From positions 1,205 to 65,204 of the forward strand of contig CAZCJX010000005.1 of NCBI GenBank assembly GCA_964499205.1: a stretch of 64,000 bases of DNA, in the 5' to 3' direction. Made by a program: the position numbers and the translations under genes. The stretch comes from an uncultured Actinomycetes bacterium (GTDB lineage Bacteria; Chloroflexota; Dormibacteria; Aeolococcales; Aeolococcaceae). Shown in pieces: positions 27,920-37,787 of this stretch (positions within the stretch are counted from its first letter, which is position 1; each line of letters begins with the position of its first letter). The notes beneath the pieces are model-generated. The model was not told the DNA's origin and ran no database searches. It saw only the letters and a program-made list of their open reading frames with translations.

Positions 27920-29164
27920 TCAGGGTCCCGTGTCCATCAGCCAGCGTTCAGAGCGGCTGTAGCGATGCTCTACTACTCGGCTGCGGTGACCGACTTTCCA
28001 CAGGGCGCACCCGCGCGGCAACCCGGACACCACCTCTGCCTCTGCCGCGCTCAGGCCCAGCAGCTCCCTTGTGGCTGTGACCTCCTCCGGCGGCAGCGAG
28101 TGGATGACCCGCGTCTCGGAGTCGGCCAGGAGCCCGCGAGCCAGCTGCACCTGCTCGCTGCCCGCATCGCCGGCGGCGGTCAGGTCGGAAAGGCGGTGGG
28201 TGACGGCGATGCACTGCACGCCGTGCGCGCGGGCCAGCTTCCAGGAAGCCGCCAGCCAGCGGGCGACGCCCAGGTTGCGGAGGATGGCCCAGGCCTCGTC
28301 GACGACGAGGATGTGGCGCCCGCCGCCTCGACGGGTGACGGAGCGGTGCAGCCAGGCCGCGGCGCAGGCCATGAGGACGCCGAGGGCGGACGAGGAGTAG
28401 ACGGCGGACAGGTCGAGGGAGACCAGGGGGTTCTCCAAGTCGATGCCGCCGGTCGTGGGACCGTCGAACATGCCGCGGAGGTCGCCGTCGCAGAGACGGC
28501 GGAGCTCCAGGGCGGCGGCCCGGCTCTGCTCGGCGAGCTGGTCGCGCCGCATGGCGATGCGGTCAGCGGCGTCGGCTGTGGGGCGCAGCATGGCCGCCAC
28601 CACCTCCGGGATGACCGGCTCGGGCGTGCGAGCGGCCACCTCGGCGAGAGCCAGTTCGCAGGCCGCCCGCTCCACTGCTGTGAGGTCCCGGCCCAGGCTC
28701 GCCGCGGTGAGCGCCTGCAGAACGCCGAGCTGGTCGAGGGCGATCCGCTCCGGCGCGGCGTCGGAGCCGGCGACCGCCGGGTCTAGGGGGTTAAGGCGGA
28801 CGGCGCCGCCAGGCTCCAGCCGGATGGGCACCACCCCGACCACCTCGCAGAGGCGGTCGTTCTCGCCGGGCTTGACGCTCAGCATCACAGCGCGGCGCCC
28901 CATGGCGATCTGCCGGTGCACATAGGCTTTGACGATGGCCGACTTCCCCTCGCCGAGCTCGCCGAGCACGATCATTCCGGGGCCGGTCAGGACGCAGCCG
29001 GTGAGCTCCCAGGGGTCGTAGACGAAAGAGCCACCGCCGCCGCAGAGGTCGGTGCCGATGTAGACGCCGCGGGAGCCGAGGCCGTCCTCGGCCATGAAGG
29101 GGTAGGCGGCGCGGAGGGTCGCGGTCGTGGCGCGGTGGGCGGGCTGGCGGGAGCGTGTCCTCAT
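27920..29164 (-). CDS. VirB4-like conjugation ATPase
   Basis: FVYDPW, GELGEGKS, VDEAWAIL, KLARAHG, HRLSDL. Confidence 0.85.
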   Translation of the reverse strand: MRTRSRQPAHRATTATLRAAYPFMAEDGLGSRGVYIGTDLCGGGGSFVYDPWELTGCVLTGPGMIVLGELGEGKSAIVKAYVHRQIAMGRRAVMLSVKPGENDRLCEVVGVVPIRLEPGGAVRLNPLDPAVAGSDAAPERIALDQLGVLQALTAASLGRDLTAVERAACELALAEVAARTPEPVIPEVVAAMLRPTADAADRIAMRRDQLAEQSRAAALELRRLCDGDLRGMFDGPTTGGIDLENPLVSLDLSAVYSSSALGVLMACAAAWLHRSVTRRGGGRHILVVDEAWAILRNLGVARWLAASWKLARAHGVQCIAVTHRLSDLTAAGDAGSEQVQLARGLLADSETRVIHSLPPEEVTATRELLGLSAAEAEVVSGLPRGCALWKVGHRSRVVEHRYSRSERWLMDTGP

Positions 29165-30612
29165 CGCAGGCCTCGCGCCAGCGGCAGTGTGTAGGTCCAA
29201 GCCACGTCCTGCTCGCCGACCAAGCGGTGAAGCTGGAGCTGGGATTGCTGGGCGCGCTGCTCGACGTCGGCGCACGCCTCCTCCAGCTCCTCGGCCGTCG
29301 TCGCGGTGACGGTGACGTAGGCGGAGAACCGCACGGAGGCGTGGCCGTCTGCGATCTCCTCGCCGCGCCGCACGACGTTCTCCTGCTCCCGCTGGCGCCG
29401 GAACCCGGTGATGAACCCCCCGCGCCGGCGCACGTCGTCGTCGGCCAGGTCGGCGGTCAGGGCGGCTTCTGCCTCACGCTGCGCCCGCAGCGGTGGCTCG
29501 ACCTGCATGGTCATGGCGACCGTGCGGCGCACCGTCGTCTGCAGGAGGAGCGGCGCCAGCACGTCGGCGCCGACGTCCATCCGCGGCCACTCCCGCACCC
29601 AGTACGTCGCGTGCACGGCACCGTCGGTTCGGTAGGAGCGCCACGAGGCCACGGTCGCCGTGGGCCAGCAGACGTCCGGCGGGGTGTCGATGCAGGTTGG
29701 GTCGGCAGCCGTGCGCAGGACCGTCGCCAGGTGCCGGGGGCCAAGGATTCCGTCGACGGTGACCTCGCCGCCACCGAGCTGCGACCACAGCGCCGTGAGC
29801 TCGCGCTCCAGGACCGCGCACGCCCCACGGTCGCCACCACCGGCGCGGCGGATAGCCCGACGGGACGACGCCATGCGGATCTGCACGGCCAAGTAGGTCT
29901 CGTGTCGCTGCGTGCTCGCCGCCGCGCCGCTGACCAGCTCGCGGTACGACTGCACGACCGGGGAGTCATCGTCGGGCGGGTGATGCTCGTTGAGGTAGCC
30001 AACAAGTGCGTCGCTCGTCTCGGGGATGGCCCGCTCCACCCACTGCACGCGCTGGACATGGCCGCCATCGCGGGACAGGCCATCGAGAAGTCCGCCCCAC
30101 CAGGCCAACCGGCGTGCCTTGTCGTGCTCGTCGAGCAGCGTGAAGCCGGAACCGCGCACCGCGATGACAGCCGTGTACGTGCCGCTCATGGCGTCCTTGA
30201 CGACTCCCATGTCGGCACCGTGGGGCAGCGGCGCGCTGAGGATGGTGACGCCGCGCAATGGCGGTGGAGCGTCCGTCGACGGCCTCCGCAGTGTGGCCCC
30301 GTTCGCGACGTGCCCTCGGTGATGCGCACCCGAGACGTATCTCCGCTCACCGGAGACCGCGCGCCACCACCAGCTGGTGCAGGTGGGCATCCATTCGTCG
30401 GCCGTCCGTCCCGCGACGGGAAGGACTGAGACCGTGACACCGCCACCGAGGGCTCCCAGCGCAACGACGATCGCCGCAGGGGATGTGGAGACGGCCAGCA
30501 TGCAGACGGCGACGACGCAACCGCCGATCATGATGGCGAGCTGTCCGAGACGGAGGCCGAGGAGAAGTCCGCGGCGCTCCAGAGGACCGAAGCGATAGCG
30601 CTGCTCAGCCAT
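29161..30612 (-). CDS. SCO6880-family / PrgI-like T4SS protein
   Basis: YRFGPLERRGLLLGL N-terminus, HATYWVREWPR, terminal LPLARGL. Confidence 0.8.
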   Translation of the reverse strand: MAEQRYRFGPLERRGLLLGLRLGQLAIMIGGCVVAVCMLAVSTSPAAIVVALGALGGGVTVSVLPVAGRTADEWMPTCTSWWWRAVSGERRYVSGAHHRGHVANGATLRRPSTDAPPPLRGVTILSAPLPHGADMGVVKDAMSGTYTAVIAVRGSGFTLLDEHDKARRLAWWGGLLDGLSRDGGHVQRVQWVERAIPETSDALVGYLNEHHPPDDDSPVVQSYRELVSGAAASTQRHETYLAVQIRMASSRRAIRRAGGGDRGACAVLERELTALWSQLGGGEVTVDGILGPRHLATVLRTAADPTCIDTPPDVCWPTATVASWRSYRTDGAVHATYWVREWPRMDVGADVLAPLLLQTTVRRTVAMTMQVEPPLRAQREAEAALTADLADDDVRRRGGFITGFRRQREQENVVRRGEEIADGHASVRFSAYVTVTATTAEELEEACADVEQRAQQSQLQLHRLVGEQDVAWTYTLPLARGLR

Positions 30613-32170
30613 CGACGCTCCCTCCTGGTGTCTGCGGTCCGGCGTCGCGACGCGGTGGCGGTTTCGGTCGGCCGGAGATGCCCGGTGGTGTCGCTCGGCG
30701 GACTGTCGACGCTCCGGACGCGGCCGCCGCCGTGTTCCTGACGGCTGTCGTTGCTGTGCGGGCGGCGCGTGCTGCCGTCGCGGCTGCTGCCGTTGCCGGT
30801 GTGGACCAAGCCGCGACGGTAACGCCCGAGCTGCCCCTCGGTGTAGGACGACCTCCGCGCCAGGGTCCGCGTCCCGTTGGTGTCGGCGCACCGCGCGATG
30901 CGACCCGCATGCCACCATGCAGCCAGCGCCCCGTCACGGCCATCTCGACGCCGGGGAGCAGGCGAAAGACGAGATAGGGACACACGGCGGCCAGGAGCAG
31001 CAGGACGACACCGACCAAGATGGCCTTGATCCCGCCGTCGTTGGTGTTGTCAGCGAGGGCTGACGCCGAGAGCGCCAGCACGGCGACAATGACGAACTTG
31101 GAGAGCACGATGGCGGCCAGCGTGTTCAAGAACCGGCGCAGCCACCGGGACGTCGCCGGCCAGACGAAGGCTGCGAGGACCAGCGGCAGGAACAGGACGC
31201 ACAGGTCGATGGCGGCCTGCCGGACCAGGAGCTCGAGCCAGAGGATCACCGCCACCACGACGGCGACGAGGGCGCCGAGGAAGGCGACGAAGAGCGATCC
31301 GTCGCCGGTGACCCGGCTCGCCAGAACCACCGCCTTGCCCACCCGCTCGGCGATGCGCGCGACGTCGTGGTGCAGATGCGCCGACACCGCGGTGCTCATC
31401 GCGTCGGTCGCCTGGAGGCCGTGCGAGACGAGTGCGATGGCCAGCACCGTGCCGAGGGCCGCGATGGGCGCGTGGAGCAGGTAGGCGCGCAGGATCATCG
31501 ACGGCTTGTTGGCGACGATCCCTTGCACTGTGGCGAAGAACAGGAAAACGGCGAGCAGTACGCCGGCGAGGGTGACCATGGTCGCGTAGTTGCGCCGGAA
31601 CCACTGCGCCGTCAGGTCCGGCGTGGTGCCGTTGTCCATGAGCGTAGTGACCTGGTTGAGCACCCAGGCGGCGCCGTCCGCGACCCATCGGGTCATCGCG
31701 CCGATGATCGAGTCCCCGACGCTTGATGCCACACCGCCGACGATGGCCCCAGGCGCGTTCTGGATGGCATGCCCGGCGCTGCAGAACGCGCGCAGGATGG
31801 GCGAGACACCGCACGGCCCCGCGTCATCTGGCGAGTCGGTCGATGACGGTGACGGTTCAGGAGTCGGAGACGGGTCAGGGTTTGGGGACGGCGACAGCGA
31901 TGGTGGGATAGTCGGCGCGGCCGGGGTATCGACAGACGCCGCAGGCGACTCTTCGACAGCGCGCGCCGCGGCGCGCGCGGGGTAAGCCTGCGGCATCACC
32001 AAGGCCGCGCCGGCCAGGAATGTTCCGAGGAGGACGACAACGGCTGTGCGGCGCCGCCATCCCACGGGCCGCGGTATCGCGGCTGCGCGCCCCGTGCGCA
32101 CTGGCGTGCGCACCAACGCCTGCGGCGCCCACGAAGCCACGGCAGCCCACCAGCTACGGAGCCGGGACAT
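30605..32170 (-). CDS. VirB6/TrbL-like (SCO6881-like) membrane protein
   Basis: Multi-TM core with ILWLELLVRQAAI, WP and VLSKFVI motifs. Confidence 0.8.
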   Translation of the reverse strand: MSRLRSWWAAVASWAPQALVRTPVRTGRAAAIPRPVGWRRRTAVVVLLGTFLAGAALVMPQAYPARAAARAVEESPAASVDTPAAPTIPPSLSPSPNPDPSPTPEPSPSSTDSPDDAGPCGVSPILRAFCSAGHAIQNAPGAIVGGVASSVGDSIIGAMTRWVADGAAWVLNQVTTLMDNGTTPDLTAQWFRRNYATMVTLAGVLLAVFLFFATVQGIVANKPSMILRAYLLHAPIAALGTVLAIALVSHGLQATDAMSTAVSAHLHHDVARIAERVGKAVVLASRVTGDGSLFVAFLGALVAVVVAVILWLELLVRQAAIDLCVLFLPLVLAAFVWPATSRWLRRFLNTLAAIVLSKFVIVAVLALSASALADNTNDGGIKAILVGVVLLLLAAVCPYLVFRLLPGVEMAVTGRWLHGGMRVASRGAPTPTGRGPWRGGRPTPRGSSGVTVAAWSTPATAAAATAARAARTATTAVRNTAAAASGASTVRRATPPGISGRPKPPPRRDAGPQTPGGSVDG

Positions 32171-32900
32171 GCCGGTACTCCTGGAAGCTGCCGATCTCCG
32201 GCGGCAGGGCCGCCGAGACGGTGGCCTGCTGCTGCGCCTGCGGCACCGGCCCGGCGATCGTGCGCACGTCGTCGAGACGCCACCCGCCGTCCGTCCACTC
32301 GACGTCGAACTCACCACTGGCCCACACCGCCGTCGCGGGGAGGCTGCCGTCCTCGGCGACGAGACCGACCGCCCAGATCCGTACTGTTGCCGCGGTGCCG
32401 CTGTAGCGCTCGACGTGCCAGCTCACCGGGACCGCGCGCACGGCGACCTGGGCGTTCTGCGCCGCAGCGCTGACCACCCCGAGCTGCGCGTCGACGGCGG
32501 CGACCAGCTGCTCCGCGCGGGCGAGCAGCGCGTCGCGGTGGGACGCTGCGGCGATGGCAGCGACGGCGGTGCGGTAGGCGTCCGCCTGCGTGACTGTGGG
32601 ACCGCTGAGGATCGCGGCCATGGCGGTCGCCGCCTCGGCTGCACCGGCGGCCGTGTGCGTGGTCAAGTCCCGCGCCGATGCCTCCTGCGCGGTGTCGGGC
32701 GCGGTGGAGGGCGACGGCGACGCGCTCGGGACGGCGCCCGGTGGGCGGTGCGTCACCGTGACGGTGCAGGTCGACGTGGCGCGCCCGAAGGCGAACCCGG
32801 ACCCCGCCACAGCAACTGCGGCGGCCGTCGTCAGGGCGATGCGGATGCCGCGCCAGGAGACGCTGACGTCCATGTCGGGGGCGTAGGTGGAGCGTCGCAT
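32154..32900 (-). CDS. Bitopic T4SS component (VirB8/NTF2-like)
   Basis: One N-terminal TM, ATVRIW, VEWTDGGWRL; operon position. Confidence 0.6.
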   Translation of the reverse strand: MRRSTYAPDMDVSVSWRGIRIALTTAAAVAVAGSGFAFGRATSTCTVTVTHRPPGAVPSASPSPSTAPDTAQEASARDLTTHTAAGAAEAATAMAAILSGPTVTQADAYRTAVAAIAAASHRDALLARAEQLVAAVDAQLGVVSAAAQNAQVAVRAVPVSWHVERYSGTAATVRIWAVGLVAEDGSLPATAVWASGEFDVEWTDGGWRLDDVRTIAGPVPQAQQQATVSAALPPEIGSFQEYRHVPAP

Positions 32901-33187
32901 CAGTGCAGCGCCTGCCCCGCCTTGAAGAAGAAGTTGATGATCGCGGCGGCGGCACCAATGAGCAGCGCGGCGATGATCGAGGCGCCGACGCCACGGCGAC
33001 CGATCGACGCGTACTGGAAGTTCCCACTGGGTCCGCTGAGGCCCCAGATCGCGGCGCTCACCAAGAACCCGATGCCGGTGACGATCAGCGCAAGCGCCAT
33101 GACGCCGTTGGCGATGGCCTGCAAGGTGGACCCGCCGGGTAGCGCCTGCGGGTCCGGGGTCAGGTTGATGTCGGCCAGATGCAGCAT
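32900..33187 (-). CDS. DUF6112 / VirB2-like pilin
   Basis: INLTPDPQALPGG followed by two TMs; AGGAGG RBS; first gene of the T4SS operon. Confidence 0.75.
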   Translation of the reverse strand: MLHLADINLTPDPQALPGGSTLQAIANGVMALALIVTGIGFLVSAAIWGLSGPSGNFQYASIGRRGVGASIIAALLIGAAAAIINFFFKAGQALH

Positions 33188-33311
33188 GCACAGTCCTCCT
33201 GCGTGTGGATGCGATGTGCACGCCCTTCGCCGTCATGGCGACGTGCCGGTCCGCTGCTGCGGACCCTGGTGCGGCGGGCGGCAGCGGCCGCCCGCCGGCT
33301 TGGGCCGTGAC

Positions 33312-34997
33312 CTACGAGAGAACGAGCGCGCCGGATGGCGCGGCGACGGTCACGGGGACGTTGAAGTCCGAGAAGGTCACCGTGTCGATGCCGTTGCTGG
33401 CGCGGCGCGGTTCGGCGCCGAAGCGTGTGACCGACATCGTTCCGGTGTCGTCTCGGAGAACGACCAGCTGCTCGCCGTTGGCGCTGTCCGTGCCATCGAA
33501 GTGCACAGCGCCGTCCGGTTGCAGCAGCGTGTCGGCAAGCTGGTGGGGATCGGCCCACATCGACAGGGTGCGGTCGATGATGGTGGCGGTGTCGGAGCGC
33601 GCCTGGTCGCCGGTGAGCTGCAGCCAGCCCGTACCGAGCTGCGCTGCCTGGTCCGGTGTCAGGCCGAAGATGTCCGGCTGGTGCTGGATCGCCGCGCCGC
33701 CCTGCGCGTATAGGGTGCCGTTCACCTTGCGTACCCCGAAGGCGTTGGGACCGGCCAGGGCGAGCGTCGCCGTCCCGGCGTAGTCGCCACTTCGCGCGAA
33801 GTGCACGTCGAACTGCGTGACCTCGTCGCTGAGCGACGTGGTGGTGAAAGCGATGTGGTAGCTCTGCGCGGCGCGGACGGTGGATGCCATGTCAGCCCAC
33901 GCCGCGTCCGCGCTCTTGCCGCTCTCGTCCTGCGCGCCGGGCGTCGGCGTCGCGGTTGGTGCCGTCGTCGGGGCTGCGGCGCTAGACGGTGATGTCGACC
34001 GCGGTGCCGTGGCCGACGCGCCGGTGAGGGGCGTCACCGTCCGATGTGTGACCGCGGCAATGCCACCGGCGATTCCTGCCGTCGCGACCACACCTGCGAC
34101 GCCCAGGGCTGCCAACGGGAACCGACCGCCGCGGCCGATGCGACGCATGCCCCGGTCCCACAGCGACGGCCGCGCGGCCCGCGCCGCGCCGTGCAGCCAG
34201 TGGGGCTTGGCCAGGGCGGCGGGCAGCGGCAGGAACACCAGCCCCGACAGAAGCTCGGCCGGTGCGGTCATCCGGTCGGCGAGTGACCGGCACTCGTCGC
34301 AGGAGCGCATATGGTGCTCGACGCTGCGACGCTGGGACGGGGTGAGTGGGCCGGTCTCTCCCACGGGGACCAGCTCGCGCAACCGCGGGCAGACCGTCTG
34401 CAACCGCGCGACGGTGTCGACGCGGAAGGCGACGCCGAAGGCCTCGCGGGCGCGATGAAGAAGGACGGAGGTGTGCGCCGGTGTCGTGCCGATGACACCC
34501 GCGATCTCCGTCGAGCCCATGCCGTGGCGCAGGTTGAGGTCGAGGATGGTGAACTGCCGCGCGTCGAGGCTGCGAGCGGCAGTCCAGACCCGCGCGGCCA
34601 TGTCCCGCGACACGGCAGTGTCCTCGGGGCCGTGTCCCTGGACGGCGGGCTCCACACCGCGTTCCTCGACGAGCGCATCCAGGGACTCGGTGTACCGGCC
34701 GCCCTTGTGGTGGCGGGCGCAGTTGTAGGCGATGCTGAACAGCCAGGTGCTGACGAGCTCGGTGTCGCGCAGCTTCCCGATGCCGCGCAATGCCCGCAGG
34801 AACGTCGTCTGCATGAGGTCTTCGGCGTCGGTCTCGTCCTGCACCAGGTCGATGAGGAAGTTGTAGACACGGCTGGCATGGCGCTCGTACAGGGCGCCGA
34901 AGGCATCGCCGTCACCGTCGCGAGCACGCGCCGCGAGCTCGGCGTCCGTCGGCCGCTGGTGCGCCGGCGTGGCCGCCGGGATCTGCGTCTCCGTCAT
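33312..34997 (-). CDS. ECF sigma factor fused to zinc-finger anti-sigma, TM and extracellular LolA/LppX-like domain
   Basis: DAEDLMQTTF, WLFSIAYN, sigma4 HTH; C...HMRSCDEC; TM; ST/P linker; AQSYHIAF...TVTFSDFNVPVTVAAP. Confidence 0.85.
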   Translation of the reverse strand: MTETQIPAATPAHQRPTDAELAARARDGDGDAFGALYERHASRVYNFLIDLVQDETDAEDLMQTTFLRALRGIGKLRDTELVSTWLFSIAYNCARHHKGGRYTESLDALVEERGVEPAVQGHGPEDTAVSRDMAARVWTAARSLDARQFTILDLNLRHGMGSTEIAGVIGTTPAHTSVLLHRAREAFGVAFRVDTVARLQTVCPRLRELVPVGETGPLTPSQRRSVEHHMRSCDECRSLADRMTAPAELLSGLVFLPLPAALAKPHWLHGAARAARPSLWDRGMRRIGRGGRFPLAALGVAGVVATAGIAGGIAAVTHRTVTPLTGASATAPRSTSPSSAAAPTTAPTATPTPGAQDESGKSADAAWADMASTVRAAQSYHIAFTTTSLSDEVTQFDVHFARSGDYAGTATLALAGPNAFGVRKVNGTLYAQGGAAIQHQPDIFGLTPDQAAQLGTGWLQLTGDQARSDTATIIDRTLSMWADPHQLADTLLQPDGAVHFDGTDSANGEQLVVLRDDTGTMSVTRFGAEPRRASNGIDTVTFSDFNVPVTVAAPSGALVLS

Positions 34998-35085
34998 GCA
35001 TTCGTCCTCCCGTGGTGCTGGTGATGGAGGGTTGGATCGGAGACGGGCACTGCGATTACGGTCAGCGCCCGCCTCCCCACACCAC

Positions 35086-35647
35086 CTAGGCGCCGAGCAC
35101 CACGGTGCCTCCCGCACGGTCGTACCAGGTCTGCCGCTTGGGGTCGCGGCCGAGCAGCATCACCAGGAAGGCGAGGCTGCCGGCGAGGTAGAGCACGACG
35201 AAGCGGCGCCACGCCTGCCGTCCGCTGATGGGACCGCGGGTGCGGGCATCGGCGACGTAGATGCGCGCCAGCTTCATGCCGAGGGTCGCCTCGAAGAGCA
35301 TCCAGCACCCGATGAAGTACCCGGCCGCGATGACAGAGGTGATGAGCAGCGCGCCCAGCGCGAGGTTGTCGGGGCTGGGTCCATAGGGCGACGCGCCTCC
35401 CTGCAGGAAGGCCGTCAGCCCTCGGTTGACCAGGCCGACCAGCGCGACGTCGACCACGCCGCCGGCGAATCGCCGCCCGATGCTGGCCGCGACCGCGGGG
35501 TCTGCCGCGATCTCCCGCTTGAGCCGGTCCAGCAGCTCGTCCCGCGGGGGGCACCAGCTGGTTAATCTCCGGCCTCGGCTGTCCCGCCCGGGCGGCGCGA
35601 GCCTCCTGCATCCACGCAGGCACGTCCACATGTGTCTGCTCGCTCAT
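35086..35647 (-). pseudogene. RDD family membrane protein with apparent +1 frameshift
   Basis: ASIGRRFAGGVVD, ATLGMKL, RQTWYDRAGGTVV. The RBS-led ATG at 35647 is out of frame, shifting at a C6 run (G6 at 35546-35551 on +). Confidence 0.65.
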
Positions 35648-35899
35648 GACCGATCCTCCCTTGGGGGTGGTGTGACCACCCTTAGATCCGGACGGCGGCC
35701 GGATCTTACGGTCAGCTCTCCGCTGATCCGGCCCTCCACCTATGAAGTACTCGCCGGAGCCTGCGAACCCGTACACGGCGCCGTACTTCGGTCCGGGATG
35801 GCTCGCTGATTCGGTTCCACCTACCTAGTACCCGCGGACCCCCGCCAAGGGGTACACGGGCCTCGGATTCACCCGGAAGCCTGCCCGGCGTGCGCTCGA

Positions 35900-37009
35900 T
35901 CACTGCTGCGGCTGGAGGTCGAAGCCCGACCCATTCCACGTGAGGGTCACCGTGAACCCGCCGCCGTCCTTGTCCTGCTGGTGCTCCTGCAGCGTTTCGA
36001 AGGGGCCGTGGTAGGTGTCGTCGAAGGCCACGGTCATCGCCCAGTTGCCGGTCGCTGTGGCGCTGGTGAGCGTCGCCACCTGCATGGTGGCGTCGCTACC
36101 GTCCTGCGTCAGCGTCCAGTGGACGTTGGTGATGCTGTCCGATCGGTACACGTTCTGCGGGCACCCGTTCCCAGGCTGGAGCTGCGTGGCGCCGGCGCAT
36201 TTCGTTAGCCACGCGTGGATGGCCTGATGGGCAGCGGCCGTCGCGGCTGGAGTGAACGTCGGCGTGAGAGTCACGTCTGCGGTCTTGTACGGCTCCACGG
36301 GCGTCGACACCACGTCGAGTGCGTTGACGATGGCTGAGCCGTTCATGTGGACGCGGTGGGCACCGGGGAACACGTCGAGCTCCACACCACCATTGGCGTT
36401 GCCATGCACCGGCACGCCGTCGACGGTGACGGTGGTGTCCAGGTCGGGAAGCTCGACGCTCAGGATGCTCGGGTACATGGCGATCTGCCAATGCCCCTGC
36501 ACCCGGCGCACGTCGAGCCGCATGAAGTACGGCACACCGTTGTAGCGCATCGTCACGGTGACGCTGGTCACGTCGGCCTGCGTCGCCGTGTCGGTGATCT
36601 TGACGTCCATCATCAGCCGGCGGTTCTGCGGCAGGCTCAGCATCGAGGCCAGCGCCTTCTGATCCCAGGCGATCCCGGTCTGCGCCTGGCCGCTCCGCTG
36701 GAGCACGCTGTCCCGCGCTACCGTGCCGGCGTCCCCCCGCGACCAGGCGGCGAAGAACTCGCGGACTGTCGATTCGGGTGTCGAGCCGCCGGCGCCGCTG
36801 ACGACTTTCAGGGCGACCACGGCGATCGCGGCCGCTGCCACGAGGCCGGCCAGCCCGATCAGGACGCGGGGCGGGCGGCCGCTCCGGGAACGCGGAACAC
36901 CTGGCGGTTGGGCGTGGCCGGTGAGCTCGACATCCGATCGGCGCTCGGCCGCGGGCACAGGGGCGCTGGCGGACAGCGGCCCACGCACTGTGGGGTCTGC
37001 CTCTCCCAT
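35900..37009 (-). CDS. Bitopic membrane protein with extracellular NTF2-like domain
   Basis: TM, PESTVREFFAAW, beta-rich domains, Cys pair. Confidence 0.7.
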   Translation of the reverse strand: MGEADPTVRGPLSASAPVPAAERRSDVELTGHAQPPGVPRSRSGRPPRVLIGLAGLVAAAAIAVVALKVVSGAGGSTPESTVREFFAAWSRGDAGTVARDSVLQRSGQAQTGIAWDQKALASMLSLPQNRRLMMDVKITDTATQADVTSVTVTMRYNGVPYFMRLDVRRVQGHWQIAMYPSILSVELPDLDTTVTVDGVPVHGNANGGVELDVFPGAHRVHMNGSAIVNALDVVSTPVEPYKTADVTLTPTFTPAATAAAHQAIHAWLTKCAGATQLQPGNGCPQNVYRSDSITNVHWTLTQDGSDATMQVATLTSATATGNWAMTVAFDDTYHGPFETLQEHQQDKDGGGFTVTLTWNGSGFDLQPQQ

Positions 37010-37294
37010 CTCCGATCCTTCCTCGTGCGCCGCGAGCTGCACGGCCCGCCCTCTCGCGGTGTGGAGCCACTATGCCACGGGGTACCGGCTAGTTCCAGCA
37101 TCCTCGGATGCCTGTGTGGCTGCCATCAGCTCGACGGGCCCACCACTACCCAGAGAAGGCCCGCGGAGCTCCTGCCGTAAGCAATCCTGTCGCTGGACGC
37201 CCTTGGAGCGGTGCATCCCTCGGAGACAGGAATGCCGGCCCAGGCGCCAACGAGGCCCGCGGTCAGCGTGAGGTCCGCGACGGACTCGGCGCTG

Positions 37295-37753
37295 CTACGA
37301 GCTCGGATTGCGCACAACGACCCGCCTCTGGGCAACCGGGCTCGCCAGGCGAACCATTGCGACCCCCCGCGCCGCAACGCTGCTGCAGACGCGGCGCCCC
37401 CCCTGGTTTGCGCCGGGTGCGTCGCCTAGGTACACCGAGAGGTCAATCTCGCTGTTGTCCTCCTGGACGTCAATTCGCTGGAGTTGATCGCAGGCATCGC
37501 CGATCGGCGCGGCCACAAAGCGAACGTACACGGTCCGATCGTCCGAGCCACGAACCGCCTCGGCAGCAACCTGATGGGGGTTGCTGAGCTGAGGGCACGG
37601 AGACCTCAGGATGCTGCCGGCGAGGGGAGAGCCGGGCGGCGCGGTGGGGCCCATCGTCGGGGAGGCGACGAGGCACGCCGCGTCGGACACGTCACCTGCG
37701 GGGCCGCACCCAGCCAGTGACACGAGCCAGCCGCAGGCGCAGGCGGCCATCAT
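37295..37753 (-). CDS. Putative Cys-containing lipoprotein
   Basis: Lipobox SLAGC; directly downstream of the protease gene. Confidence 0.55.
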   Translation of the reverse strand: MMAACACGWLVSLAGCGPAGDVSDAACLVASPTMGPTAPPGSPLAGSILRSPCPQLSNPHQVAAEAVRGSDDRTVYVRFVAAPIGDACDQLQRIDVQEDNSEIDLSVYLGDAPGANQGGRRVCSSVAARGVAMVRLASPVAQRRVVVRNPSS

Positions 37754-37787
37754 GGCCGCCGCGCCTGTGCTCTGCCGGCCTGCCTTC

